DNA of 64,000 nucleotides, from assembly GCA_963743915.1 (NCBI GenBank), contig CAVURN010000003.1, positions 32,001-96,000 on the forward strand, in the 5' to 3' direction. Made by a program: the position numbers and the translations under genes. Source of the stretch: an uncultured Actinomycetota bacterium (GTDB lineage Bacteria; Actinomycetota; Actinomycetes; JAHEKZ01). The notes under the pieces are model-generated. The model ran no database searches and was not told the DNA's origin. It worked only from the letters and a program-made list of their open reading frames with translations. Shown here in pieces: positions 19,854 through 30,799 of the stretch (position 1 is the stretch's first letter; each line of letters opens with the position of its first letter).

Positions 19854-21831
19854 TCAGGCGTGGTCGATCTCACCGATGACCGTGCCGCCGAGCTGCCGAG
19901 CCACGAGCTCGTGCCCAGCCAGGCCGTCGTCCTCGGCGTCCGGGTCGTCGAGGGTGACCTCGTCGTCGACCGTGTCCGCCGCACGGTCCTTGCCCACCAC
20001 GGGTCCCTCGACCGCCTGCGCGGCGGCGCGCGCCTCGGCCGCTGCAGCCGGGGGCGCAGTCGGGGCGATGGCCTCGTCCGCGGGCAGCGCCGCCGACGAG
20101 GACGCGGCCGAGACCGAGGGGTCGAGGATCGCCACCACGACGAGGTCGAGACCCACCACGTCGATCAGGGCCTGTCGCACGATCTCGTCGTGGCCCCCCT
20201 GCGAGAACGCCCGGTGCGACCCCACGTCGCGCAGGCCGATCTGGAGCTGCTTGTCGTCGACGCCGAGGATGTCGGACTTCTCGAAGAGCTGCGCCCACGT
20301 GACCCGGCGGTAGTCCTTGACCCGGTTGAGGACGTTCGGCCAGAGCCGTCGCAGCTCGGCGAGCTCGTGGGGGGCCGGCGTCGCCGACCCGTCGTCGACT
20401 GCCGCGCCGGCGGGTGCCGCTTCCGCTTCGGCACCCCCGGGCGCCGACGGCACCGTCTCACGCGGTGTGGCCGTCGGAGCCGGCTCAGCCGGTGTGGCGG
20501 GCTCCGGACCAGCATTCGCCTCGACTGTCGCCGGAGACCGTGGGGAGGGCTCGGCAGATGACGCGGCCGTCGTCCTGGGTCGCTTGGTCGACGCCGAACG
20601 TCCGGAACGAGCGGCAGGCGGCGCCGCCGAACGCTGCGCGGGGGCTTCGTCGACCTCCACCGCACCGGCGATCGAGAATCGACGCTCCATGCGCTCGAGC
20701 CGCGCGGCCAGGCTGAGCTCGTCCCCGTGAGCGCCGGGCAGCAGCAGCTTGGCGCAGACCAGCTCGAGATGCAGACGAGGTGGCGTCGGACCCTTCATCT
20801 CGGCGATCCCGGTGGCCACCAGCTCGGTGCACCGGGTGAGCGCGGCCAGCCCGATCCGGTCCGCCTGCGCCTGCACGCGGCCGCGCTGGTCGTCGGCGCC
20901 GCCGACCAGCCGACGCTCGAAGGCGTCCTCGACGGCGGCGACGATCACCAGGTCGCGCAGCCGCTCGAGCAGGTCCTTCATGAACCGCTCGGGGTCGAGC
21001 CCGGCATCGATGACGGAGTCGATGACGCCGAACAGCGCTGCACCGTCGCGCGTCGGCGATCGCGTCGACGATCGCGTCCAGCAGTGTGGCCGGCGTGAAC
21101 CCGAGCAGCTCGATCGTGCGCTCGTAGGTCAGCTGTTGTCCCTCGGCACCGCCGATCAGCTGGTCGAGGACGCTGAGCGAGTCACGCACCGATCCCGCGC
21201 CGGCCCGCACGACCAGGGCCAGCACGCCCGGCTCGACGGTGATGCCTTCGGACTCGCACACCGTGGCGAGGTAGTCCTCGAGCATGCGCGACGGCACCAG
21301 GCGGAACGGGTAGTGGTGCGTCCGCGACCGGATGGTGCCGATGACCTTCTCCGGCTCGGTGGTCGCGAAGACGAACTTCACGTGCGGCGGCGGCTCTTCG
21401 ACCACCTTCAGCAGGGCGTTGAAGCCCTGCGTCGAGACCATGTGCGCCTCGTCGATGATGTAGATCTTGTAGCGCGAGGACGCCGGCGCGAAGAAGGCCC
21501 GGTCGCGCAGCTCGCGGGCGTCGTCGACGCCACCGTGGCTGGCCGCGTCGATCTCGATGACGTCGATGCTGCCCGGGCCGCCGCGCGCGAGGTCGCGGCA
21601 GCTCTGGCACTCACCGCAGGGCTCCGGCGTCGGGCCCTTCTCGCAGTTCAGGCAGCGCGCGAGGATGCGCGCAGAGGTCGTCTTGCCGCACCCACGCGGG
21701 CCGGAGAAGAGGTAGGCGTGCGTGACGCGGTCGTGCGCGAGCGCCTGCATGAGCGGCTCGGTGACGTGCTCCTGCCCGATCAGGTCGGCGAACCGCTCAG
21801 GGCGGTAGCGGCGGTAGAGGGCGGTCGACAC
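19854..21831 (-). CDS. dnaX: DNA polymerase III gamma/tau (one frameshift near 21050, probable sequencing error)
   Basis: LYRRYRP, GPRGCGKT, IIDEAHM, SRT; continues in second frame as DGAALFGVIDSV...DPERFMKDLLERLRDL. Confidence 0.95.
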
Positions 21832-21864
21832 GGTGACGACCCTAGCCGCAGCCCAGGACAGCAA

Positions 21865-21957
21865 GGGACCCCCCGCGCACCCGCCAGAGCCCGTCCTACC
21901 CTTGCTGCCTTCCGGCCCTGGGGGAGTTCAGAGAGATGACGCCGCACGAGGGGTCGA
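21865..21957 (-). ncRNA. ffs: Signal recognition particle RNA
   Basis: CCAGGGCCGGAAGGCAGCAAGGG domain IV; GACCCC/GGGGTC closing stem; TAGACT -10; upstream of dnaX. Confidence 0.93.
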
Positions 21958-22090
21958 CGACCAGTCTACGGGACGCGGCACGCGGCGTCCCGGGCCGCCG
22001 ATTCGGGAGCTGACGACCACCCCGGGTCCCTGGTGGGGACACCTGCTCCCGATTCGAGGCACGACGCGCGCACGCGGTAATCTCTGCGGC

Positions 22091-22175
22091 GGAGGATTCG
22101 CCTAGTGGCCTAGGGCGCACGCTTGGAAAGCGTGTTGGGGGCAACCCCTCACGGGTTCGAATCCCGTATCCTCCG
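22091..22175 (+). tRNA. tRNA-Ser(GGA)
   Basis: GGAGGAT/ATCCTCC acceptor, CACGC-TTGGAAA-GCGTG, long variable arm, GGTTCGAATCC. Confidence 0.97.
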
Positions 22176-22228
22176 CTCTCCCGTCGCAGCAGGACGAACA
22201 GCGCCGACGCCCTGGTTAGGGTCGACCG

Positions 22229-22808
22229 ATGACCATGCTGACCCCGCTCGGTGCGGGCGGTGCCCCGTACCGGCGACGACGTCGCTGGCCGCGAGTGCTC
22301 GCCGTGCTGCTGGTGCTGGGACTGGTCGCCGCAGCGGCGGGAGGTGCCTGGTGGTGGTACCGAGACCGTCAAGCGGTCGAGCAGCTGCCGGCCCCTGTGG
22401 CGTCACGCTCCTGCACGACGCCGACCCCGAGGGTCCCTGACAAGCTTCCCGAGACGTCACGGGTGACCGTGACGGTCGCCAACGGCACCGACCGCGCCGG
22501 CCTGGCCCTCGAGACCGCGGACGACCTCACCGCCCGGGGTTTCGTGGTCGATGACTTCGGCAACACCGAGCGGCCGGTCGACGAGGGTGTGGCGCTCGTG
22601 CGCTACCGCGGACGAGGACCTCGCTGCCGCCGTGGTCGTGGCGTCCTACGTCCCTGGGGCGACGCTGCGTCCCGTCCCACGGGTGCCGGACGGTGACGTC
22701 GCGCTCTGGCTCGGTCCGGATTTCGACGGTGTCGTGAGCACCGCGGAGGCTGACCCCGCCGCGGTCGCGGTGCCACCCGGTGAGCCCCGTTGCCAGAAGG
22801 TGCGCTGA
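22229..22808 (+). CDS. LytR C-terminal domain membrane protein (frameshift near 22610)
   Basis: TM helix, VTVTVANGTDRAGLA...RGF; second frame ends LWLGPDFDG. Confidence 0.82.
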
Positions 22809-22823
22809 TCGGAGGTGACTCCG

Positions 22824-23768
22824 TCAGCCCTGCGCCCACAGGCGTCGGGCCGCCTCGACATCGGGCACCGGGTCGTCACCGAAGATCTCGCCGAAGCCGA
22901 ACGCGTCGGTGATCTCGAGGGCCTCGCGACGCTTCGACTCCGGCACGCGGGCAAAGGGGTCATGCAGCAGGTCTCCGCCGTGGCGCACCGCGGAGTCGTG
23001 CCGCGCCATCTTCGAGGGACGGCTCGTGGCGTCCTCGAGCGAGGCAGCGGTCGGACGCCCCAGGGCCTCGAGCACGGGACCTGCAGCGCGCGGGGGGTCG
23101 AGCAGCAGCTCCTCGTAGACCACGAGCGCGGCGCGCGTGGCGCCCACCGTGCGGAAGGCGACCAGGTTCTCGACGCACCAGTGCCCGACCAGCCGCTGCC
23201 ACGGAGTCTGCAGGCCCTGGATGACGTCGAGGTAGGGGGCGAGGTGGTCGGCCACGAGCTCGGGCTGTGCGCTGAACCGGCTCAGCCGGTCCTTCCACCC
23301 CATCCGCTCCTGGCTGGCGGCGACCATCACCGGGTGCCGGACCACGAAGATCATCGGCGTCTGCGGGAAGTGCGCGTGCATCCATCCGAGCAGGCAGTGC
23401 GCGCGGATCTCCTTGACGATCCGCCAGTGCGCGACGTGGGTGTAGTTCTGGTGGTTGACCCAGCGGTTGTGACGGGGGTACCCGGACAGCACGCGTCCCA
23501 CGACGTCGACGAACCGCTCGTCCCCCGCGCGCAGATAGGTGTACTCGCCCAGCTCCCGGATCGCCGGCACCTCGGACGCGCGGAAGGGCTCGAACACGAT
23601 CCGGGCGGTTCCGTCGCTGTTGGCGATCTCCTCGACCCAGGTGGTGCCGCTGCGGCCCGAACCGGCGATGACGACGGTGTCCTCCGGCCCGCCCGCCCGG
23701 TCCCAGACGGCCCAGCGGCGGAACTCGTGGCGGTAGGGCCTGCTGGTGAGGTAGCGGGATGCGGCCAT
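22824..23768 (-). CDS. PAPS-dependent sulfotransferase
   Basis: 5'-PSB IAGSGRSGTTW, FEP, KEIR, 3'-PB RHPVMVAAS, YEELLLDP. Confidence 0.85.
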   Translation of the reverse strand: MAASRYLTSRPYRHEFRRWAVWDRAGGPEDTVVIAGSGRSGTTWVEEIANSDGTARIVFEPFRASEVPAIRELGEYTYLRAGDERFVDVVGRVLSGYPRHNRWVNHQNYTHVAHWRIVKEIRAHCLLGWMHAHFPQTPMIFVVRHPVMVAASQERMGWKDRLSRFSAQPELVADHLAPYLDVIQGLQTPWQRLVGHWCVENLVAFRTVGATRAALVVYEELLLDPPRAAGPVLEALGRPTAASLEDATSRPSKMARHDSAVRHGGDLLHDPFARVPESKRREALEITDAFGFGEIFGDDPVPDVEAARRLWAQG

Positions 23769-23928
23769 GTCGCGCCCGACTGTAGCGCCCGGCCGCTCCC
23801 GAGAACGGGACAGTTCCTCGAACAGGGTGTGCGACGCCGCCGTCCGGGTTACGGTCACGGGAGGGGACGCGTGTGCGGAGCGACGTCCCGATCGTCATGT
23901 CCACCTCCGCCCACTCGGAAGGATCCCG

Positions 23929-24861
23929 ATGCGGACGAAGATCCTGATCGCGGTTGCCGCGGTCCTCACGATGGTCGGCTGGGCCACGCCTGCCCAGGCG
24001 ATCGTCAACGGCCAGCCGGACGACGGGGAACACCCGTTCGTCGGCCAGCTGCTGTTCTACGTTCCTGATGATGTCGACTCGCGTTTCGACGACCCCGGTG
24101 CCTGGTTCAACTGCACCGGCACTCTCGTCAGCTCGACGCAGGTCCTGACCGCGGGTCACTGCACGTACGCCGTCGGGCTCGAAGGCGAGTCCACCACTGC
24201 CGGAGGCGGCTCCGGCTCCGGCGGCACCGACGTCTGGATGAGCTTCGCCGAGGTGCCGGACTACAGCATGCTTCCGCCCAGCAGCGGCTTCGTCCCCGAC
24301 CGCAACGGCGACCGCTACGACGCCTGGTCGGCGGCGCTGGACGCGTCTCCCGAGTGGCTGGAGGCCACGGCCTACACCCACCCGCAGTTCGACAACAACG
24401 CCTTCTACCTGCACGACCTCGGCGTGCTGACGCTCGACGAGCCGCGCGCGTCCAGCCAGTACGGCCAGCTCCCGCAGCTCGGGTTGCTCGACACCTTGGT
24501 GAAGCAGAAGTCCAAGCTGCTCTTCCAGGCCGTCGGCTACGGGCTCGAGGGATCGAAGCTGAACTCTTCGCTGGGCGGCGACACCCGCCGGAAGGCGGAT
24601 CAGCGCCTCGTCAGCCTCAATGGCGCAAGTGGGATCGGCAAGGGAGTCTCGGCGAAGTTCTCGAACAACAAGGGCGTGAACACCACCGGCGGCACCTGCT
24701 TCGGTGACTCCGGCGGGCCGATCTTCCTCCAGCCGACCAACACCATCGTCGCGGTCACGTCGTACGGGATCAGCCCGACCTGCGCCGACGGCACCGGCGG
24801 CTACCGGGTCGACCAGACCGACGACCTGAACTGGCTGAAGACCTTCGGTCTCAAGCCCTAG
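23929..24861 (+). CDS. Secreted trypsin-like serine protease (S1)
   Basis: Signal peptide ...AQA/IVNG; CTGTL, LTAGHC, DLGVL, GDSGGP. Confidence 0.93.
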   Translation: MRTKILIAVAAVLTMVGWATPAQAIVNGQPDDGEHPFVGQLLFYVPDDVDSRFDDPGAWFNCTGTLVSSTQVLTAGHCTYAVGLEGESTTAGGGSGSGGTDVWMSFAEVPDYSMLPPSSGFVPDRNGDRYDAWSAALDASPEWLEATAYTHPQFDNNAFYLHDLGVLTLDEPRASSQYGQLPQLGLLDTLVKQKSKLLFQAVGYGLEGSKLNSSLGGDTRRKADQRLVSLNGASGIGKGVSAKFSNNKGVNTTGGTCFGDSGGPIFLQPTNTIVAVTSYGISPTCADGTGGYRVDQTDDLNWLKTFGLKP

Positions 24862-24874
24862 GGAATCGGATGCA

Positions 24875-24911
24875 AGAAGACCGCCGCGGCATGAGGCCGC
24901 GGCGGTCTTCT
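24875..24911 (+). terminator. Intrinsic terminator-like hairpin
   Basis: Perfect 16-bp stem AGAAGACCGCCGCGGC / GCCGCGGCGGTCTTCT after protease stop. Confidence 0.8.
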
Positions 24912-24949
24912 GCGTCTGGCTGGGCTGACCCCCGGCGCTCCGTCCGGGC

Positions 24950-25140
24950 GTTACCTCCCGCTCGACGACGATGTCGACGAACTCCGGTGGGCCATCCACG
25001 ACGTCAGCTGAGTCGCTCATGACACTCCCGGCGGCTTCCTGACGCCGCGGGTCGTGTTCCCGTGACCGAGCTTTGTCCTCGCCCTCGAAGACAACGAGCA
25101 CGTAACAGGTCCGTGCGTCCTTCTGGTCCCATCCGATGGT
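24950..25140 (-). pseudogene. Degraded fragment of small ABM-like protein
   Basis: DQKDARTCYVLVVFEGEDKARSREHDPRRQE...DGPPEFVDIVV resembles C-half of small actinobacterial antibiotic-biosynthesis-monooxygenase-like proteins; no proper start or stop. Confidence 0.5.
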
Positions 25141-25257
25141 CCAGCGGGCCAGTATGGCTGTGGGTGCGTGACGCCGGTACCGCCTCGACCGTGTCCAGAC
25201 ATTCCACACCGAGGCACCACCCGGCGATCCTCGGCGCGACGAGACCCCGGGGTCGTA

Positions 25258-25347
25258 TGGCGGTGGCGGTGGGATTTGAACCCACGGAGGAGTTGCCCCC
25301 TCACACGCTTTCGAGGCGTGCTCCTTCGGCCGCTCGGACACGCCACC
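25258..25347 (-). tRNA. tRNA-Ser(CGA)
   Basis: GGTGGCG acceptor, CACGC-CTCGAAA-GCGTG, long variable arm, GGTTCAAATCC, encoded CCA. Confidence 0.97.
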
Positions 25348-25357
25348 GCCGCAGAGA

Positions 25358-25849
25358 TTACCGGACGGTCGCGGTGCCGTCCGAATCGCGGTGACCTGCG
25401 AAGAACTGCCGCACCAGCCGTCCGCACTCGTCGGCCAGCACCCCCGCGACCACCTCCGGCCGGTGGTTCAGCCGCCGGTCGCGCACCACGTCCCACAACG
25501 TCCCCACAGCACCCATCTCTTCGTTCCAGGCACCGAACACGAGGCGCTCGACCCGGGCCAGGACCAGGGCCCCGGCGCACATCGTGCAGGGCTCGAGCGT
25601 GACCACGAGCGTGCAGCCGTCGAGCCGCCAGGTGCCCAGCGTGGACGCCGCATGCCGCAGCGCCAGCACCTCGGCGTGCGCCGTGGGATCAGCGTCGACC
25701 TCGCGGCGGTTGTGGCCGCGTCCGATGATCTCGTCGGCGCCATTCACCACGACGGCGCCGATCGGCACGTCCCCGGAGGACGGGGCCGCTCGTGCCTCGT
25801 CCAACGCCACTCGCATGGCAGCGTCGTACGGGGAGGTGTCCGGGGACAT
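25358..25849 (-). CDS. tadA: tRNA adenosine(34) deaminase
   Basis: DVPIGAV, DPTAHAE, TLEPCTMC, RRLNH. Confidence 0.95.
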   Translation of the reverse strand: MSPDTSPYDAAMRVALDEARAAPSSGDVPIGAVVVNGADEIIGRGHNRREVDADPTAHAEVLALRHAASTLGTWRLDGCTLVVTLEPCTMCAGALVLARVERLVFGAWNEEMGAVGTLWDVVRDRRLNHRPEVVAGVLADECGRLVRQFFAGHRDSDGTATVR

Positions 25850-25861
25850 GTCGCGTCCGCG

Positions 25862-26487
25862 TCAGGCGACGAGCTGCATCGCGGCGTCGTACTGCTCGGA
25901 GAACCCCATGTGCTCGGCCAGCTGGCTGAAGACGTCGTCGGGGTAGAGGTCGAGGTCGTCGCAGAGCTCAGCCAGCAGGAGCGGACTGACGCCGAGGTCG
26001 GCGAGCAGGTCGAGGTCACCGGCCGGCTCGATGTCGTCCTCGTCGTCGCCATCGGGCATGGGCAGGCCGAGGCGGTCGAGCACCTGACCGGCGAAGGGGG
26101 CGTCGAAGGCGGCGGTCACGTCGCTGAGCAGTATCCGCACGTGGTCACCGACACAGCGAAGGATGACGAAGAAGTCCTCCTCGAACGAGACGAGACCACG
26201 GCACCCCCAAGGCGGTCGAGCACCTGGCCGGCGAAGGGGGCGTCGAAGGCGGCGGTGACATCGCTGAGCAGCATGCGGACGTCGTCGCCGACGCAGCGAA
26301 GGATGACGAAGAAGTCCTCCTCGAACGAGACGAGACCCACGGCGCCGGCGTCCCCGGGCTGCTGGTGCAGGGCGTGGATGATCTGGTCGAGGTCGTCGGC
26401 AGCGGCCGGGGGCATGGGCACCACGGACCACACGCCGTCCTCGCGGACCGCGGCCAACGCGAAGTCGGCCGCCATGTCGTCGCTCAT
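25862..26487 (-). CDS. tRNA adenosine deaminase-associated protein with internal 47-codon duplication (1-nt deletion near 26196)
   Basis: FALAAVREDGVW, EDFFVILR, LLSDV, PAGDLDLLADLG, DLYPDD; directly upstream of tadA. Confidence 0.85.
26066..26346 (-). repeat. Tandem duplication, 141 + 140 bp
   Basis: Copies 26206-26346 and 26066-26205 align end to end with 12 substitutions and one deletion. Confidence 0.95.
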
Positions 26488-26644
26488 CCCGGCCTCCGCT
26501 GTGATCGCCGTTCCCTCGGTGATGGTGTCAGAGTCCGGAGCGGATTGCCTAGGCCCTTTGACCCACGATGACGGCGGGATGGGTGCGGCGATCCCTTCGA
26601 TCAATGGAGGCGGTGTCACAGGGCACCCACAAGGGTGGGGTGGG

Positions 26645-28011
<1,367 letters not shown>

Positions 28012-28015
<4 letters not shown>

Positions 28016-28314
28016 GCGTCCGGACCCTTCGCCGGCGCCTGACGCGGTCGGAACATCTGCAGCATCCGGTCGGTGACGACGAAGCCGCCGACCATGTTCA
28101 CGGTGGCCAGGACGACGGCCACCAGCCCGAGCCACAGCTCGGGGTCGGTGTCGGCGTGCCCGGTGACGATGATCGCCCCGACCAGGATGACACCGTGGAT
28201 CGCGTTGGCGCCCGACATCAGCGGCGTGTGCAGGATCGTCGACACCTTCGACACGACCTCGAACCCGACGAAGATGCTCAGGACGAAGATCGTGAGCAGC
28301 GCGACGCCATCCAT
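28012..28314 (-). CDS. pntAB: NAD(P) transhydrogenase alpha-2 (membrane) subunit
   Basis: LHTPLMSGANAIHG, NMVGGFVVTDRMLQMF. Confidence 0.95.
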
Positions 28315-29444
28315 CAGGCAGCCCCCTCCATCGCCTCGCGGGCGGGCGCGAAGCGCACCTCGCCGTCGTGCACCACGCACGCGCCGTCGATGATCTCGTC
28401 GTCGAAGTCGAAGGTGATGGCACCGTCCTTGACGAAGAGCTGGCTGATCGCGACCAGGTTGGCGGCGTAGAGACGGGATGCCGCGACCGGCATCTGGGAG
28501 GGCACGTTCTGCGCGCCCCACACCGTCGCTCCACCGACCTGGACGACCTCGCCGGCCACTGCGCCCTCGACGTTGCCCCCCGTCTCGGCGGCAAGGTCGA
28601 CCACGACCGACCCGGGTCCCATGGCCTCCACCATCTCGCGCGTCACCAGCAGCGGCGCCTGACGTCCGGGGACCGCAGCCGTGGTGATCACCGCGTCGGC
28701 GGCCGCGATGTACGGGGCGAGCAGCTCACGCTGACGGGCGGACCGGTCCTCGGTCATCTCACGGGCATACCCGCCGGCACCCTCGAGCGACTCGAGGTCG
28801 AGGTCGATGAACTTGGCCCCCATGCTGCGGATCTCGTCGGCCGCGGCGCTGCGCACGTCGTAGGCCTGCACCACGGCACCGAGACGCTTGGCGGTGGCGA
28901 TCGCCTGGAGCCCCGCCACACCCGCACCAAGCACGACGACCTGCGCCGGCTTGACCGTGCCGGCTGCGGTCATGAGCAGCGGGAAGAACTTCGGCAGTCG
29001 CTCAGCAGCCACCAGTGCGCAGCGGTAGCCGGCCACCAGCGCCTGCGACGACAGGGCGTCCATCGACTGCGCGCGAGAGATGCGAGGGACGAGCTCCATC
29101 GAGAAGTAGGTGACGCCGGCGTCCCGAGCGGCCTTGACCTTGTCGAGCGACTGCACGGGCGCGAGGAACGACACCACCGTCGTTCCTCGGACGAGACGCC
29201 CGACGACGTCGGCGTCGAGTGAGTTGACGCTGAGGACGAGGTCGGCACCGGCGAGGACGTCACCGTCGACGACGGACGCCCCGGCGTCGCGGTAGGCGTC
29301 GTCGGTGGCGTTGGCCGCCAGCCCGGCACCGGCCTGCACGCGCACGTCGACGCCGAGGGCGGTCAGCCGCCCCACGCTCTCCGGCACCAGAGCGACCCGG
29401 CGTTCACCGGGTCGCGTCTCTGTCGGTACTGCGACAGTGGTCAC
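28314..29444 (-). CDS. pntAA: NAD(P) transhydrogenase alpha-1 subunit
   Basis: ERRVAL, PRISRAQSMDALSS, GAGVAGLQ, GGYA, DLAAETGGN. Confidence 0.96.
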   Translation of the reverse strand: MTTVAVPTETRPGERRVALVPESVGRLTALGVDVRVQAGAGLAANATDDAYRDAGASVVDGDVLAGADLVLSVNSLDADVVGRLVRGTTVVSFLAPVQSLDKVKAARDAGVTYFSMELVPRISRAQSMDALSSQALVAGYRCALVAAERLPKFFPLLMTAAGTVKPAQVVVLGAGVAGLQAIATAKRLGAVVQAYDVRSAAADEIRSMGAKFIDLDLESLEGAGGYAREMTEDRSARQRELLAPYIAAADAVITTAAVPGRQAPLLVTREMVEAMGPGSVVVDLAAETGGNVEGAVAGEVVQVGGATVWGAQNVPSQMPVAASRLYAANLVAISQLFVKDGAITFDFDDEIIDGACVVHDGEVRFAPAREAMEGAA

Positions 29445-29519
29445 GGGCGCCACCCTATGACGACGTCAAGAGATTTCATGGGCCAAAGGTCCGTGTCATG
29501 GAACGCAGGTCAGCGGACT

Positions 29520-30707
29520 TCAGCCCAGAACCTTCAGCAGCTTGTCGATGGCCAGGTCGAGGTCGTCCTGCTCGATCACCAACGGTGGCGCGAGCCGAAT
29601 GGTCGTCTCGTGCGTGTCCTTGGCCAGGACGCCGTCGAGCATGAGCCTCTCGCAGCGGGCTCGTGCAGTGTCGCCACCGGGGTGCAGCTGGACGCCGGCC
29701 CACAAGCCACGCCCCCTGATCTCGGCCACCGTGGACGGGGACTCAGCGCGCAGACGTCCGAGCATGTGGTCGCCGAGGACCCGGGAGCGCTCCTGGTACT
29801 CGCCGGTCTTCAGCATGGCGATGACCTCGCGACCGATGGCCGCCGCAAGCGGGTTGCCGCCGAACGTCGAGCCGTGCTCCCCGGGACGGAAGACACCGAG
29901 GATGTCCGCATCAGCGGCGACCGCGGACACCGGGTAGATGCCGCCGCCCAGCGCCTTGCCCATCACGTACATGTCGGGGACGACCTCGTCCCACTCCACG
30001 GCGAACGTCTTGCCGGTTCGACCCATGCCGCTCTGGATCTCGTCTGCGATCAGCAGCACGTTGTGCTCGGTACAGAGCTCGCGGGCCGCGGCGAGGTACC
30101 CGTCCGGAGGGACGATGACTCCGGCCTCGCCCTGGATGGGCTCGATGAGGAAGGCCACCGTCTCCGACGTGAACGCCGCCCGCAGCGCATCGAGGTCCCC
30201 GTAGGGGACGATGTCGAAACCGGGCGTGAAGGGTCCGAAGTCGTCCCGCGCGTCCGGGTCGGTCGAGAACGACACGATCGTCGTGGTGCGTCCGTGGAAG
30301 TTGCCGTCGGCGACGACGATGCGTGCGGCGTCCGCCGGGACGCCCTTCACCTTGTAGCCCCACTTGCGCGCGGTCTTGATGGCCGTCTCGACCGCCTCGG
30401 CGCCGGAGTTCATCGGCAGCACCATGTCCTTGCCGGTGAGCTCGGCCAGCCCCTGGGCGAAGGCACCCAGCTGGTCGTTGTGGAAGGCCCTGCTGGTCAG
30501 GGTGAGGCGGTCGAGCTGCGCCTTAGCGGCTTCGACGAGCCGCGGGTGGCGGTGTCCGAAGTTGAGAGCCGAGTAGGCGGACAGCAGGTCGAGGTAGCGC
30601 TTGCCGTCGATGTCCGTGACCCACGCCCCGTCGCCGTGCGTGAGCACGACCGGGAGCGGATGGTAGTTGTGCGCGCTGTAGCGCTCGACCTGTTCACGTG
30701 GATCCAT
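29520..30707 (-). CDS. rocD: Ornithine aminotransferase
   Basis: AHNYHPLPVV, SAYSALNFGHRH, MNSGAEAVE, EPIQGEAG, DEIQSG, GKALGGG, HGSTFGGNP. Confidence 0.96.
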   Translation of the reverse strand: MDPREQVERYSAHNYHPLPVVLTHGDGAWVTDIDGKRYLDLLSAYSALNFGHRHPRLVEAAKAQLDRLTLTSRAFHNDQLGAFAQGLAELTGKDMVLPMNSGAEAVETAIKTARKWGYKVKGVPADAARIVVADGNFHGRTTTIVSFSTDPDARDDFGPFTPGFDIVPYGDLDALRAAFTSETVAFLIEPIQGEAGVIVPPDGYLAAARELCTEHNVLLIADEIQSGMGRTGKTFAVEWDEVVPDMYVMGKALGGGIYPVSAVAADADILGVFRPGEHGSTFGGNPLAAAIGREVIAMLKTGEYQERSRVLGDHMLGRLRAESPSTVAEIRGRGLWAGVQLHPGGDTARARCERLMLDGVLAKDTHETTIRLAPPLVIEQDDLDLAIDKLLKVLG

Positions 30708-30799
30708 GGCGGCAGTCTGGCACCCCGACCCCCGCCGCCGCACCCAGGACCGCACTGTGTCCCACCGGATCATGTTCCGGCACCTACTACCGTGGCGCC

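Noticed and set aside
21040-21060. Programmed frameshift in dnaX producing gamma and tau
   Set aside because: Break is near codon 261, inside the clamp-loader core, with no A-rich slippery run; matches the window-wide indel pattern
22176-25257. Integrative element between the tRNA-Ser genes
   Set aside because: No integrase and no duplicated tRNA 3' end seen
26066-26346. DGR template/variable repeat pair
   Set aside because: Differences are not adenine-specific, are mostly synonymous, and there is no reverse transcriptase
29445-29519. Rex operator upstream of pnt
   Set aside because: No TTGTGAA-N4-TTCACAA-like palindrome visible
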